A stretch of 64,000 nucleotides of DNA from a virus (IMGVR_UViG_3300009093_000043:1-64000), one strand, 5' to 3'; counted from the first letter of the stretch, positions 46,448 to 55,828 are shown. Program-made: numbers and translations. The notes: generated by a model not told the origin, from the letters alone.

Positions 46448-47013
46448 CTCAGCCCCATCCGAAGGGCCTCCACCGCCGAAACCTCCGCCTGGGGAGGAGA
46501 GGCGATGAAGGAGGGTTCGAGCGGAGGTCCGGCCTGGATGCTCTGGATCCCTTCGAAGTAGCCGGGATCTGGTTCGTCTTCCTCGGCGAGCTTCGGGAGG
46601 GTTCCGATCGCGACCGTAGTGAATGTCACCTTCTGGCCCGACGAGACGTACACCCCCGCTTCGGAGTAGTCGGTGCCACTCACGTTGAGGAGGCGAACCA
46701 TGAGATAGGGACTCACCGTTCGAAGGTCGACGACTCCCATCTGTCCGTGGATGTCGAACGTTCGGACGTACTCCAGGGACGAAGGCTTATCCGGCTTGTA
46801 AGGACACCAGAACTCGGTCGCCCGGAAAACGTTCTCCAGGGGACCGTGGTAGTCCGGACGGATTAGAATCCGATTCCCGAAGGCTTCCGGGAGACGGGGA
46901 TCGATCCGATCGAAGAGCATCTTCAGATACGAGGGGTGAAACTGAAGTGTCGCTTCGAGCGCCGTCATGAAGCGCGTGTACGAAGCCGGGTCCGGTGCAA
47001 TCTCCGAAAGCAT
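46423..47013 (-). CDS. hypothetical protein
   Basis: 196 aa, coupled to neighbours. Confidence 0.6.
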   Translation of the reverse strand: MLSEIAPDPASYTRFMTALEATLQFHPSYLKMLFDRIDPRLPEAFGNRILIRPDYHGPLENVFRATEFWCPYKPDKPSSLEYVRTFDIHGQMGVVDLRTVSPYLMVRLLNVSGTDYSEAGVYVSSGQKVTFTTVAIGTLPKLAEEDEPDPGYFEGIQSIQAGPPLEPSFIASPPQAEVSAVEALRMGLRWARCLQA

Positions 47014-47231
47014 CAGTAGTCGTTCCTGTTCCGTTCAGGGTCTTCCGATTCGACGTAGCACCCCGAGTCGCTGATGTCGTTGATGGGGTCCCTGTACGCG
47101 TCCGCGTGGAACTTCTCGATCGAGTCCCAGCAGACGCAGTCCCCCTCCTCCGACGGAGAGACTTGGAGGAAGTCTGCCTCCAACCCTGAGCACGCCTCGA
47201 TACAGGCCAAGATCAACCAGGTCTTCATCAC
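47013..47231 (-). CDS. small hypothetical protein
   Basis: 72 aa, overlapping starts/stops. Confidence 0.5.
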   Translation of the reverse strand: MMKTWLILACIEACSGLEADFLQVSPSEEGDCVCWDSIEKFHADAYRDPINDISDSGCYVESEDPERNRNDY

Positions 47232-47773
47232 CGAGGGGGGTTCTTTCGATCGTCTTCGGAGAGGATGTACTCCAGCCTCTCCCGTTCCTCGGACGTTACC
47301 CCTAGGACCTTCATCCAGGTCCAGAAGTACCAGTTCAGGGGCTCGGGGTCTATCTTGGGGAATCTCGGGAAGAGGTAGACCCGAGCGTCGCGCCAGTTGT
47401 GGACCTTGTCCGCGATGAGCATGAGGTTCACCTCTCGGATTGGACTGATCCGAGGGAGACGAGAGGAGTGAACGTCCGGAGTGAGGTACGCGTTCGCGAC
47501 GGATCGATACTCCATCGTGAGGACCAGAGCGTCGGGGTCACACAGAAGGGGTCTCGGGTCGGGGAACTCCCCTTGCATGAGCGAGGTGAAGCTGTCTTCG
47601 AGCTGAAAGATGGGGTGGAGGCACCAAGCCTCCTTCGTAGCTTCCTTCGCCCCCAGGTCTTCGAGAAGGAGGAGCCCTTGGTCGATGTGCCTCATGTAGA
47701 GCAGGCACGTCCGCTTCGCTCGGCGGATCCCGTAGAAGTCCCGGATGACCTGGTAGGGGAGAGTGTCCTTCAT
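47228..47773 (-). CDS. HD-domain-like phage protein
   Basis: ATG 47773; YG.RRAKR..L.YM.HI..G...AWCLHP...MEYR..AN...MLIADKVHN, a degenerate HD_4-like pattern. Confidence 0.5.
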   Translation of the reverse strand: MKDTLPYQVIRDFYGIRRAKRTCLLYMRHIDQGLLLLEDLGAKEATKEAWCLHPIFQLEDSFTSLMQGEFPDPRPLLCDPDALVLTMEYRSVANAYLTPDVHSSRLPRISPIREVNLMLIADKVHNWRDARVYLFPRFPKIDPEPLNWYFWTWMKVLGVTSEERERLEYILSEDDRKNPPR

Positions 47774-48159
47774 CGGGCGATCGCGTCCATCAGAGCGAGA
47801 ACCCGGATCACGCCCTTCGAAGGAGTCCGAAGGTGAACGGGGACGAGAGCGTTTCGGACCTCCGCCACGAGGAGAGACCTCTGCTCTTCGGAGAGTTGGA
47901 GCTTCTCGGCCAGGTCCCTTACGTGGTCGGCGAGAGGGCGACCACCTCCGTCCACAGGACCTTCCGGGAAGGTGTCGTATCGGAGCTGGGCGCGTCGAGA
48001 CAGCTCTTCGATCTGGAGCTTCGCTTCGTACCCGCATTCACACGGATGGTCGGGGTACGAAGGAGAACGAGGACAGTGCTTGTCGTGATCTACGATCCCG
48101 CACTCGTTGGCCAGCTTCAAGGCTGCGGCGGAGATCTCGTCCGCCCAATCATTCGACAT
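47770..48159 (-). CDS. hypothetical protein
   Basis: 129 aa; H...C......CECG. Confidence 0.6.
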   Translation of the reverse strand: MSNDWADEISAAALKLANECGIVDHDKHCPRSPSYPDHPCECGYEAKLQIEELSRRAQLRYDTFPEGPVDGGGRPLADHVRDLAEKLQLSEEQRSLLVAEVRNALVPVHLRTPSKGVIRVLALMDAIAR

Positions 48160-48167
48160 GAACGGAG

Positions 48168-48785
48168 TTACGCTTTTCGGTTGGCCCGAACCTGACGAAG
48201 TCTTTCCTCCAAGACCTCCATCTCACTCCATGTGATGCTCTTGTAGAGGTTCCCGACGAAGCGATGGTAGATCCAGTAGTGACGAGCCGCGATCTGGTCC
48301 TTCAGCGTCTTCGCCGAAGCGTCGACCGGGATCTGATCCATCGGAATCAGCTCGATCTCCGATCCGTACGGAGAGGAGTTCGGCTCGATGAGGTCCAAGA
48401 TCGGAGGCGCCTCTTCTCGGGGCTCGGTCTCGAACCATAGCTCCGGGTCCCAGGGAGAATCCCCGGACATCGACTGCTTCGCCTCTTCGGCGGTCAGCTT
48501 CCGGTACTCGCCTTCGAGAAAGGAATCGGGCTCCCCTTCGTAAGGAACGTGGGTCTTGTACATGCCCTCCCACATCCAGATCCCCTCGCTCGGAGGCGGA
48601 TTGTCCCGAAGGAACGCGTCCGCGAGAGGCTCGACGCCCCTCAGGAATTCCAAGCCGGGTCCGATGTGCTCAAGAACCGCGATCAGCTTTCCCGTTGAAT
48701 CGGCGGCAACTACGGCTCGATCCTTGGGGCAGTTCTTTCGGTACTTCAGGCGCTCCACGTCATCCTTCCGGGGGGTTAGGTTCAT
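48168..48785 (-). CDS. hypothetical protein
   Basis: 205 aa; GCGTAAG motif upstream. Confidence 0.7.
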   Translation of the reverse strand: MNLTPRKDDVERLKYRKNCPKDRAVVAADSTGKLIAVLEHIGPGLEFLRGVEPLADAFLRDNPPPSEGIWMWEGMYKTHVPYEGEPDSFLEGEYRKLTAEEAKQSMSGDSPWDPELWFETEPREEAPPILDLIEPNSSPYGSEIELIPMDQIPVDASAKTLKDQIAARHYWIYHRFVGNLYKSITWSEMEVLEERLRQVRANRKA

Positions 48786-49005
48786 CAGGTTCGAGATACT
48801 TACGCCCCCTGAATCTTTAGTCGCTACCTATGTTTCTAGTCGCTACGTCGATTTTTTTACCTCGGCGCGAGCTTCGTGTAGGGTCCCCCTTCTGGAGGTT
48901 CCTATGGAGCGAACGAGGTTCATGGAAGTCTTGCTGGCAGCCCGACAGTTGGGGCGGATCGACGCTTTCACTATTCAAGTGGCTTCCCACTACGTACGTG
49001 AAGAA

Positions 49006-51597
49006 TCACGAAACGAGAAGGAGAAGCAGGTCAGTAATGAGGGTAGGGAGCCCGCCCGCTAGGATAACGAGACCCCCAGCGTGAGCCCCGGGTCCGTCGG
49101 TCGGCTTGTTCGTCGAGGACGTCAGGCCCGAGACGACTCCGTTCACCCCATTCGCGACGAGGGCGAGCCCTACCGCGTCGGGGATCTCGATCGACAGAGG
49201 GATCGAGAGATACGAACGGATTCGACGAATGATCTCCTGGATCTCTCGAACCCTCTGCTGGAGCATCGAGATGAAGTTCAGGATGAGATCTTCTCCGCCC
49301 TGGAGCCCGGCCGCGATGGACTGGAGGAAGCTCTGGATCATTGAGGCGACGTTCTGCGGACCGGAGAGGAGCCCGACCGACTGGAAGGGGCGGATCGCGA
49401 TCCACCCTCCGACCGACGTCATGTCAGCCGCTACTAGGCCCAGGACGTCCGCAGAGATGTTGTAGATGTCCTCCGTGAAGAGGGAGCGGGCGTACCAGGC
49501 GGAGGTACCCCCGCGAGGTACGACGATCGGAGCGGCCTTTGCTACCTTGGGGATCCCCGGGACGGCGTAACCGAACCCAGAGGTGTTGTAGGTCGCGAGG
49601 ACCCCGAGGTCCCGAGCCGCCGCGAGAGAGGCGCTAGGGGCCGTCTCCGTGCCGTCGAGGCTGTAGGCGTTCTTCGCGACGTAGGTCGTGAGCTGGTTCC
49701 CGTCCTCGTCGGCCGGGGTGAGGCTCTGGAGAATCGTGACGTCGAGCGCGGGAAGGTTCGCCGCCCCTTCGGTACGAGTGTCTGACCACATCCACTCGGT
49801 GAGGGTCGCGAAACGAGCCGCGCGAGCCGCCATGACCGAGTCCGGGAGGTTCCCCTGGCGCTCGATGATCTGGTCGGTGAGGACGCCGATCTTCGTGAGG
49901 AGGTCCGAACCGAAGGCCACCGGGTTCGCCGAAGACGTGAAGTAGTCCTGAGGATTCCCGAAGAGCGGGAGGATGTTCTGGGCGAACGATTCGAGCCCCG
50001 TCGGGGCGAACGTATCACTCCGAGTGATTGAGGTCCCGTTCGGTCCGGTAACCGGCTGGGCGAGCGTATCCGTGAGGGTCGAGTCGAGCGTCTTCGAGGG
50101 AAGGTCGAGATCCGAACGCGACAGAATCATCACGGCGAGCGCGGTACTGACGGCCTGGATGTAGTTGTTCGTGTTCGCCGAGGGGAACGAGACCTGGACC
50201 ACCGAGGAGGGAAGCCCTCGATCGGAGGCCGACACTTCGCCTTTCGGCGCGACCATGACCGATACCGGGGTCTGGACCGGGAGGATGTTCCACTGGAACG
50301 AGTTCTTCGAGGTCACCTTGTTCGAGCAGGACATGACTCGAACGAAGACCGTCTGGGGCTGTACGGCGTGAGCGAAGTCCGGGGTGCCGTCTTCGAGGAT
50401 CGGCGTCTGCCACGGAAGGTCGGTCTGGGACAGCTCGAACGAGAAGACCCCGCCGACGAGGCTCTGAGCGAGGACCTCCTCGTGGGGGATGTAGATCGTT
50501 CGCTGGTTGTAGAACCGCGAAGGGTCGGAACCGTCCCCCGGGCCGAAGACGTTCGACTTGATGGACTGGGTCGAGGAGAGGTTCGTGATGAAGAAGGCCG
50601 GACGGGCTCCGTCGTTGAGGTTCCCGTCCGCATCGAAGGACGCGTTCCAGTCCACCCCCGAGTCGAGAGCGATCGAATCGGCGCCCCCGAAGATCTGAAG
50701 AACACGTCCCGTCCCGCCTTCCTCATAGAGGCCGGTCTGGTAGGAGGAGGGGGTAGAGGAGCTTCCTTCGTCGGGGACCCCGCCGACGCCGCCGGTGCTG
50801 CCTTCGATCGGGGCGAGGTAGCCAGCGTAGAGGCCTTCGGGGAAGACCGAGATCTCGATCAGAAAGCCGTCCGGAGGAACGACGGGAGAGGAGATCCCCG
50901 GGCTCGAACCGGCGCTGGGGGCGAGGCTCCACTGGAGGATTGTGCTAGTCCGCCCTAGGAGGCGCGAGGTGGCCGCTCGGAAGGTCGCGACGGCCGAAGG
51001 GGGCGCCCCGCCCGTCGGGAGCCTCGTAGAGCCCCCGGCGAAGTTCGCGAGAAGGCCCACCGGGGTCGGGAGGGACGAACCGTTGATGTTGAAGCCGAAG
51101 AATTGGGCGAAACCGGAGAGGAGCTGGTTGATCAGGTTGAACTGATCAAAGTTCGCGAGGCGATTCGTGAACGAGACGTCCACCCCAACGTAGAGGAAGA
51201 GGGCCAGGACGGTCGTCGAGTCGGTGAAGGTAGGTCGTTCGAGGTCGGTCCGGTCGAGGAGCCTCGAAAGCATCCGCCGCTGGTACCCTTGGTATCCGCC
51301 GCGAAGCTGATCGAACGTCGTGTCTTCGAGGAGGTACCAGTCCCCGTTCACGTAGATCCCGGCTTTCCGGAAATCCAAGACGAGGTTCTGAAGGGTCTGG
51401 ATCAGTTCTTGGACGAGCGCCCGGATGGGGTTCAGGAGGCTCGAAACGAAGCTCTTGATGATGTTCAGGACGGTGAGAGCGATGTCCAGGGCGGTGATAA
51501 TGAGGTCGAAGATCCCATTGACGACCGCGACGGCATCCTGGATTTCTGGGATATTGAAGCGGACCTGGAGCCCGCCCCACTGACCGGTAGTCGCCAT
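49006..51597 (-). CDS. large virion structural protein
   Basis: 863 aa; amphipathic helical termini and a Ser/Thr/Gly-rich core; GAGGA Shine-Dalgarno. Confidence 0.7.
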   Translation of the reverse strand: MATTGQWGGLQVRFNIPEIQDAVAVVNGIFDLIITALDIALTVLNIIKSFVSSLLNPIRALVQELIQTLQNLVLDFRKAGIYVNGDWYLLEDTTFDQLRGGYQGYQRRMLSRLLDRTDLERPTFTDSTTVLALFLYVGVDVSFTNRLANFDQFNLINQLLSGFAQFFGFNINGSSLPTPVGLLANFAGGSTRLPTGGAPPSAVATFRAATSRLLGRTSTILQWSLAPSAGSSPGISSPVVPPDGFLIEISVFPEGLYAGYLAPIEGSTGGVGGVPDEGSSSTPSSYQTGLYEEGGTGRVLQIFGGADSIALDSGVDWNASFDADGNLNDGARPAFFITNLSSTQSIKSNVFGPGDGSDPSRFYNQRTIYIPHEEVLAQSLVGGVFSFELSQTDLPWQTPILEDGTPDFAHAVQPQTVFVRVMSCSNKVTSKNSFQWNILPVQTPVSVMVAPKGEVSASDRGLPSSVVQVSFPSANTNNYIQAVSTALAVMILSRSDLDLPSKTLDSTLTDTLAQPVTGPNGTSITRSDTFAPTGLESFAQNILPLFGNPQDYFTSSANPVAFGSDLLTKIGVLTDQIIERQGNLPDSVMAARAARFATLTEWMWSDTRTEGAANLPALDVTILQSLTPADEDGNQLTTYVAKNAYSLDGTETAPSASLAAARDLGVLATYNTSGFGYAVPGIPKVAKAAPIVVPRGGTSAWYARSLFTEDIYNISADVLGLVAADMTSVGGWIAIRPFQSVGLLSGPQNVASMIQSFLQSIAAGLQGGEDLILNFISMLQQRVREIQEIIRRIRSYLSIPLSIEIPDAVGLALVANGVNGVVSGLTSSTNKPTDGPGAHAGGLVILAGGLPTLITDLLLLLVS

Positions 51598-51652
51598 TTC
51601 TCCTCTGGGTCCTCAGAGGAACGGTACCGGAGCGGGCGTAACTTCGTCTTGA

Positions 51653-52510
51653 ATGACCAAGTTGATCCCAGCCTCTCCTGAAGAGACCGAAAAGGTGCTC
51701 ATCGCCGCGAAGGTTCTCTTCGCCCTGAATCGGCTGGTACTTCACCCGCTGGGGTACGCGATCGCGACGAGCTATCCGGACGAGGGTCCTCACGATCTTC
51801 CCACCCACCTCATCCTCATGAAGACGGACGACGGTTCTCCGCTCGTCTTCGAGGAGAGCCCGTTCCTCGATCAGTGCAACGCGGACCTCGCTCGGTTCGT
51901 CGAGAACGTCCGCCCCCCGAATCGGGGTGTCTTCGATTCGATCCTGCCTCACAAGGCTCGCTTCGCGGCGTTCCAGGAACGTGCGTTCGGACCTGAGGCG
52001 CCGCCGGAGACGAAAACTCTCGTCGAACAAGCTGCCAAGGTGATGGAAAAGATTCGCCTCGGGGTTCGGTTCGACGATCCCTACGACTCGATCCTCGACG
52101 ATGGGACCGAAGACGACGATGTCGCGTACGAAGCGGCTCGGGCTCGACTCGAAGCGGACGGGGTGGACGTGGAAGCGTTCCTCGTTCGTCTCCGCAAGTT
52201 CCTCGCCCTCCATCGCCAGGTCGAGCCTCCGACCGACGAAGACCGAGAGGTCATGGCCGAGGCCGGAGGGATCGCCGTCCGGGACCTTCCATTCGGAGCC
52301 GCCGAGGCCTCGCGAGACATCCGCCTTCGAGACGACGATCCGGTTCATCCGGATTCGGATGAACCGACTCCTCCCGAATTCAGCAAAGAGTTCATGAGTA
52401 CCAACAAGATCTACCGCGAGTGTGAGCACCGTCTCTCGACGGGTCCGGGCGCGGGGAAGTCCACCTTCACCACCCCATGCGCCCAGTGCGACGCGAGGAT
52501 TCGATCATGA
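51653..52510 (+). CDS. hypothetical protein
   Basis: 285 aa; LF.LNR.VLHPLGYA motif. Confidence 0.65.
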   Translation: MTKLIPASPEETEKVLIAAKVLFALNRLVLHPLGYAIATSYPDEGPHDLPTHLILMKTDDGSPLVFEESPFLDQCNADLARFVENVRPPNRGVFDSILPHKARFAAFQERAFGPEAPPETKTLVEQAAKVMEKIRLGVRFDDPYDSILDDGTEDDDVAYEAARARLEADGVDVEAFLVRLRKFLALHRQVEPPTDEDREVMAEAGGIAVRDLPFGAAEASRDIRLRDDDPVHPDSDEPTPPEFSKEFMSTNKIYRECEHRLSTGPGAGKSTFTTPCAQCDARIRS

Positions 52511-53241
52511 GATACGTCGCCAGGTTCCACTTCTGGGAGGCCGGAGAGTTCGAAGCTCTTCTCGATCGGAAGAAGGCCGAGAGCGAAGCGGCGAAGCAGA
52601 AGGGGGAGAAGTTCTCCTGGGGGGACCGAGAGATCGACGAGAGTTTCTTGGCCCACACGAAGGAAGTGATCTTCACCTTCCCGGAGGAGGACTCCGAGAA
52701 GGTGTTCGAAGAGGCGTGGAGACTCTCAGGTCTCCAGCGCGAGAAGTTGGATCCGAAGATGTCTTCGATCCGCGTCTCTCCCCTTCCGTACCTCACGATC
52801 CGAGAGCTTCTCTCGGCTCCCGTCCTTCACACCGAGTACGACTTCTGGAGGATGGAGGCCTCGTCTCCGTTCCCCGAGGACCTCCGGTACGAGAGGATCG
52901 ACGAGGAGAAGCTGAAGGCCTCGGGCCGCGTTCGGATCGACTACTACGCCGACCACTATATCGACGGCGAACGGGGTTGGTCGATCGCGTGCGTCTTCTG
53001 GGACAACCTCCCGGTCTTCATCTACCAGTGCGCCGGCCGAAGCGGTCGAGACTTCAGCCGTACGATCATGATCTCCTACGATCGTCTTTCGGAGATGACT
53101 CAGTTCCTCCGGACGCTCCTGGATGACTCGGAACGTCGGGTGAGGGAGACCCCTCTCGACGAGGAGAACCTCGACCTCACCTTCTTCTACAGCGACTCCA
53201 TCTCGCGAGAACTCCCCCAGCCGAAAGGAGCAAATACATGA
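52507..53241 (+). CDS. hypothetical protein
   Basis: ATG 52507 (ATGA overlap); D.ER.W....V..D..PV...Q.AGR.G.D. Confidence 0.7.
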   Translation: MRYVARFHFWEAGEFEALLDRKKAESEAAKQKGEKFSWGDREIDESFLAHTKEVIFTFPEEDSEKVFEEAWRLSGLQREKLDPKMSSIRVSPLPYLTIRELLSAPVLHTEYDFWRMEASSPFPEDLRYERIDEEKLKASGRVRIDYYADHYIDGERGWSIACVFWDNLPVFIYQCAGRSGRDFSRTIMISYDRLSEMTQFLRTLLDDSERRVRETPLDEENLDLTFFYSDSISRELPQPKGANT

Positions 53242-53666
53242 CCTGTCGCTGCGCCTCCGCCGAAATTCACGCCCAACGAGCCCTCGACCAGGCCTACGAT
53301 TCCTCGCGCGCGACTCAGGAGTCCATGAAGAAGGAGATCGACAAGCTGAAGGCGGAGATCGCTTCTCGAACGGCGGATCCAACGAAGTATGTGATCCTCG
53401 ACGCCTACGATTCAGCCCCCGGGTTCCTCGTCGTGAAGGCTCAGTTCCCCTCGTGCACGAAGTGCTCGTTCGAGGGAACGAAGATCCTCGTGTACCGCAA
53501 CGTTCGTCCGATCGACGCGATGAAGTGGAAGAACCTCGACCCCCACTTCCGTGAGGCGGACAAGAAGCTGGAGATCAACAGCGCCCCGAGCCCGATCGCC
53601 CGCTTCCCCGGGAACAAGGAAGGGTGGGACGACGCCATCCACTTCGCCAACTTGAAGGCGAAGTGA
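53238..53666 (+). CDS. conserved phage hypothetical protein
   Basis: DP.KY.I......LVV...FP.C....FEG.KILVY...LDPHF....SPIARFP....GW..A. Confidence 0.75.
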   Translation: MTCRCASAEIHAQRALDQAYDSSRATQESMKKEIDKLKAEIASRTADPTKYVILDAYDSAPGFLVVKAQFPSCTKCSFEGTKILVYRNVRPIDAMKWKNLDPHFREADKKLEINSAPSPIARFPGNKEGWDDAIHFANLKAK

Positions 53667-53911
53667 TGAGCGATCGGAACCGCTCCAGCGCTCGGTGGAC
53701 TCGGGCTCAACGCGAGCGGGCGAAGCGCGAAGGAAAGACCCTCTTCACGATCTCCTTCAACAGCCAGTACGTGAAGCCTCCAACGAAGGGCGCGGGCGAC
53801 TTCATCGAGTACAGCGGCCAGTGCGGAGAAGACTCAGCGAAGGAGATCGGAGACTTCATCGTGAAGCTCCTGAAGAAGCACAAGGCCGAGGAAAAGGCCG
53901 AGAAGACTTGA
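53666..53911 (+). CDS. hypothetical protein
   Basis: ATG 53666 overlapping the upstream stop. Confidence 0.55.
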   Translation: MSDRNRSSARWTRAQRERAKREGKTLFTISFNSQYVKPPTKGAGDFIEYSGQCGEDSAKEIGDFIVKLLKKHKAEEKAEKT

Positions 53912-53965
53912 AGGGCTCAAGACCGCAATAGGTACGTTTTCGCCCCTATCCGCCTTCTTGAGGAT

Positions 53966-54415
53966 ATGGCACCCCCTCGGAAGCTCTTTCAAGCCGTTGG
54001 CGCTACGCCTCAGAGCGCGTGCGACGCGATCGGGGCGACTTCTTCCGACGTACTCAACAGCGGGACGTACGTCCCCAGCATCACGATCTTCTCGGGCACC
54101 GTACTGTCGATCAACGGGCCGATCTCCCCCTTCATCTACTCCCGAGTGGGGAACGTAGTGACGGTCACCGGGGGGTGTAACGTGACCTCGACCGGAGCCG
54201 GAAGCGTAACGCTTCAGATTTCGGTTCCGATCCCCACTACCGTGGCGACGGGGTCTGGAGTCCTTACTCCCACCGCAGCCACTGCGAATCTGGGTCGGAG
54301 CGTGATCATGGGGGCGGTTTCCTTCCCTCCCGTATCGATGATCGCCAACATCACTACGGTCGGGGCCGTAGCGGGAGTGGTCGTCCAGTTCACCTTCCAG
54401 TACGTGGTGGGCTGA
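53966..54415 (+). CDS. small virion fibre/decoration-like protein
   Basis: 149 aa; SGTY.P...YSRVGNVVTV.G (fibre head-like); shared N-terminus. Confidence 0.65.
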   Translation: MAPPRKLFQAVGATPQSACDAIGATSSDVLNSGTYVPSITIFSGTVLSINGPISPFIYSRVGNVVTVTGGCNVTSTGAGSVTLQISVPIPTTVATGSGVLTPTAATANLGRSVIMGAVSFPPVSMIANITTVGAVAGVVVQFTFQYVVG

Positions 54416-54422
54416 TTCGGGC

Positions 54423-54659
54423 TCAGAGACCCCCGCCTCGTTTCAGGCGGGCTCGGTTCTCTTCGAGCACAACGATCTGAGCCTGGTCGGAAGCGACCTG
54501 AGCTTCGAGGAGCAGGGCGATCTTCTCCATCGCCTCCCTCTGGGAGACAATCAGAGGGAGCTTCCCGAGGTCGACCGACTTGGATTTCTTCCACGTCGGA
54601 TTCTCGGGGTCGAATCCGAGGTCTTTCAGCTTCTGCTTCAGATCGTCTTCTTCGGTCAC
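54423..54659 (-). CDS. hypothetical protein
   Basis: GTG 54659 overlapping the upstream stop; C-terminal coiled coil. Confidence 0.5.
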   Translation of the reverse strand: MTEEDDLKQKLKDLGFDPENPTWKKSKSVDLGKLPLIVSQREAMEKIALLLEAQVASDQAQIVVLEENRARLKRGGGL

Positions 54660-55015
54660 CGGATCCTCACGCCCTTCTGCTCGGAGTTCCGGTAGTTGCT
54701 GAAGTACGTTACTTCGAGAGGCTTGAAGGCGAGCGCCCCCTCGTGGATGAACCACGTCCCAGGGCCGTCGTAGATGTGGTCCTCTCCGGAAGGGTCCGGA
54801 AGGAGAGCCGTCTCGTCATCGACGAGGATCTTCATCACCCACGCCTGAGTCGACTGAGCGTCGCCGAAGACGTCCATCGAGATCCAGTTGGGGAAGACGG
54901 TCGAGACGTGGACGTAGTGCTTCCCGTTGTAGACGTTCCTCCCAGGCTGGATTCGCCACGAGAGGAGGAGAGACTCCACGGCGCGCTTCGTCTTCGTGGT
55001 GTGGTAGAGGATCAT
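54656..55015 (-). CDS. possible ADP-ribosyltransferase-fold protein
   Basis: ILYHTT.....ESLL....I.PG......YVHVST resembles the ART H-x-T...V-x-x-S core. Confidence 0.4.
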   Translation of the reverse strand: MILYHTTKTKRAVESLLLSWRIQPGRNVYNGKHYVHVSTVFPNWISMDVFGDAQSTQAWVMKILVDDETALLPDPSGEDHIYDGPGTWFIHEGALAFKPLEVTYFSNYRNSEQKGVRIR

Positions 55016-55215
55016 CGTGAGGTGTGAAGGCTGATCGCTCGTTCGAGGGAAACGCCCGAGTTGGCTGTCTCCGCGATCGCGGTAGCCCTCTCATGGGTGT
55101 TGACGTCTGCGCACTCCGGAGCGTGGAGGACGCTCGTGTAGATATCTCCGCGACGTTGGATCCGCCACGGAAGGAAGTCGTCCCCCGAAGGGACTACTGT
55201 CCAGGGCTCACTCAC
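55012..55215 (-). CDS. hypothetical protein
   Basis: 67 aa, coupled to neighbours. Confidence 0.5.
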   Translation of the reverse strand: MSEPWTVVPSGDDFLPWRIQRRGDIYTSVLHAPECADVNTHERATAIAETANSGVSLERAISLHTSR

Positions 55216-55480
55216 TTCGGAAGCGCCCGAGGTTCGCCGATAGGGTGAAGTTCGTCTTGATCACGCGGGCCCCGTCGTTACTCCCCACCACCATCGCCCC
55301 CGTGGGCGGAAGCTTGTCGCCGGGCCCCGAGGGGTTCGTGTAGATCCGAGCCTCGCTTCCCAGCTCGCTGTTGAGGTCCGGTTCGGATTTCCAGAGAGCT
55401 TCGAGTTCCTCTTCGGAGAGTTCGAGGCCCTCTTCGTCTTCGCCAGTAGCCAACCGGAGGTGTCTTCTGTCCACAGTCAT
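55208..55480 (-). CDS. hypothetical protein
   Basis: 90 aa; GGAGG Shine-Dalgarno. Confidence 0.55.
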   Translation of the reverse strand: MTVDRRHLRLATGEDEEGLELSEEELEALWKSEPDLNSELGSEARIYTNPSGPGDKLPPTGAMVVGSNDGARVIKTNFTLSANLGRFRSE

Positions 55481-55513
55481 CCTCCAAGAATAGCGCCTGA
55501 GTTGGGGAATGGG

Positions 55514-55828
55514 CTAGACGTCGGTCTCGATATTGACGGTCGTCCCGTTCGCGCTCGATTCGCTGACGAGCTTTCCATCCACGTAGACCTTCACGCAGAG
55601 GAGACCTTCCTCGTCCACTCGCGAGACGACGCGAAGACGGCGCTTCTCGTACTCATCGGGAGGGGGCGGAGGGTCGGTGTCGTGGTCGGGGAGAGGCGCC
55701 TCCAAAAACTCCTTCGTCTTCTCGTGAGACATGGCTTCGAGCTTCTGGATCGTTTCCTTCTTCGCCTTGGGCATTGAGGGCGGTCCGCCGTACACCATAC
55801 TGATCCCACGCTCCGGTCTGCGTCTCAT
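55514..55828 (-). CDS. hypothetical protein
   Basis: 104 aa (true start may be internal); ends in TAG. Confidence 0.55.
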   Translation of the reverse strand: MRRRPERGISMVYGGPPSMPKAKKETIQKLEAMSHEKTKEFLEAPLPDHDTDPPPPPDEYEKRRLRVVSRVDEEGLLCVKVYVDGKLVSESSANGTTVNIETDV

